A stretch of DNA of 64,000 nt from Camelus ferus (Eukaryota): NCBI RefSeq assembly GCF_009834535.1, contig NC_045696.1, forward strand, positions 71,116,001-71,180,000, in the 5' to 3' direction. The stretch's first letter is position 1. Each line of letters starts with the position of its first letter. Below, in pieces: positions 63,851 through 64,000 of the stretch. Under the pieces are notes generated by a model. The model was not told the origin of the DNA and did not search any database. It saw only the letters and a program-made list of their open reading frames with translations. The translations under genes and the position numbers were made by a program.

Positions 63851-64000
63851 AAGTTTCTGGAAACCACAAATTAATAAACCACAAAAACCTCACAGGCACA
63901 CAAACTATATAACACAGTAAAAATTCCTTCCCCTACTTCTCTCATTCCACCCTAGCACCCAGAGGTATAACCATTATTAATCATTTACTGGGTATTCTTT

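Overview
Mammalian genomic DNA; a tRNA-derived Vic-1-like SINE suggests a camelid. The window matches the conserved EIF2B5-DVL3-AP2M1-ABCF3 block (human 3q27.1). All four genes are on the minus strand in tandem, each with a CpG-island promoter. I traced every coding exon by GT-AG boundaries and reading frame, and all four CDSs are intact: EIF2B5 16 exons/721 aa, DVL3 15/716, AP2M1 11 coding exons/435, ABCF3 21/709. The rest is mostly L1, L2, L3, MIR, an LTR and a MITE; repeat families were assigned by eye and their boundaries are approximate. I found no supportable new gene or new biological system. The best leads are hidden splicing layers. (i) AP2M1 intron 2 holds a 54-nt in-frame cassette exon, a 6-nt microexon and a TGCATG (RBFOX) cluster. 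(ii) The DVL3 3' end keeps the Robinow-type shifted frame open, reachable by an acceptor 4 nt downstream, and its last intron is an in-frame, stop-free 99 nt. (iii) EIF2B5 intron 12 starts with an in-frame stop. (iv) The likely distal DVL3 poly(A) signal lies in a MIR. An interferon-like pseudogene reading at 7.9-11.4 kb was considered and rejected.
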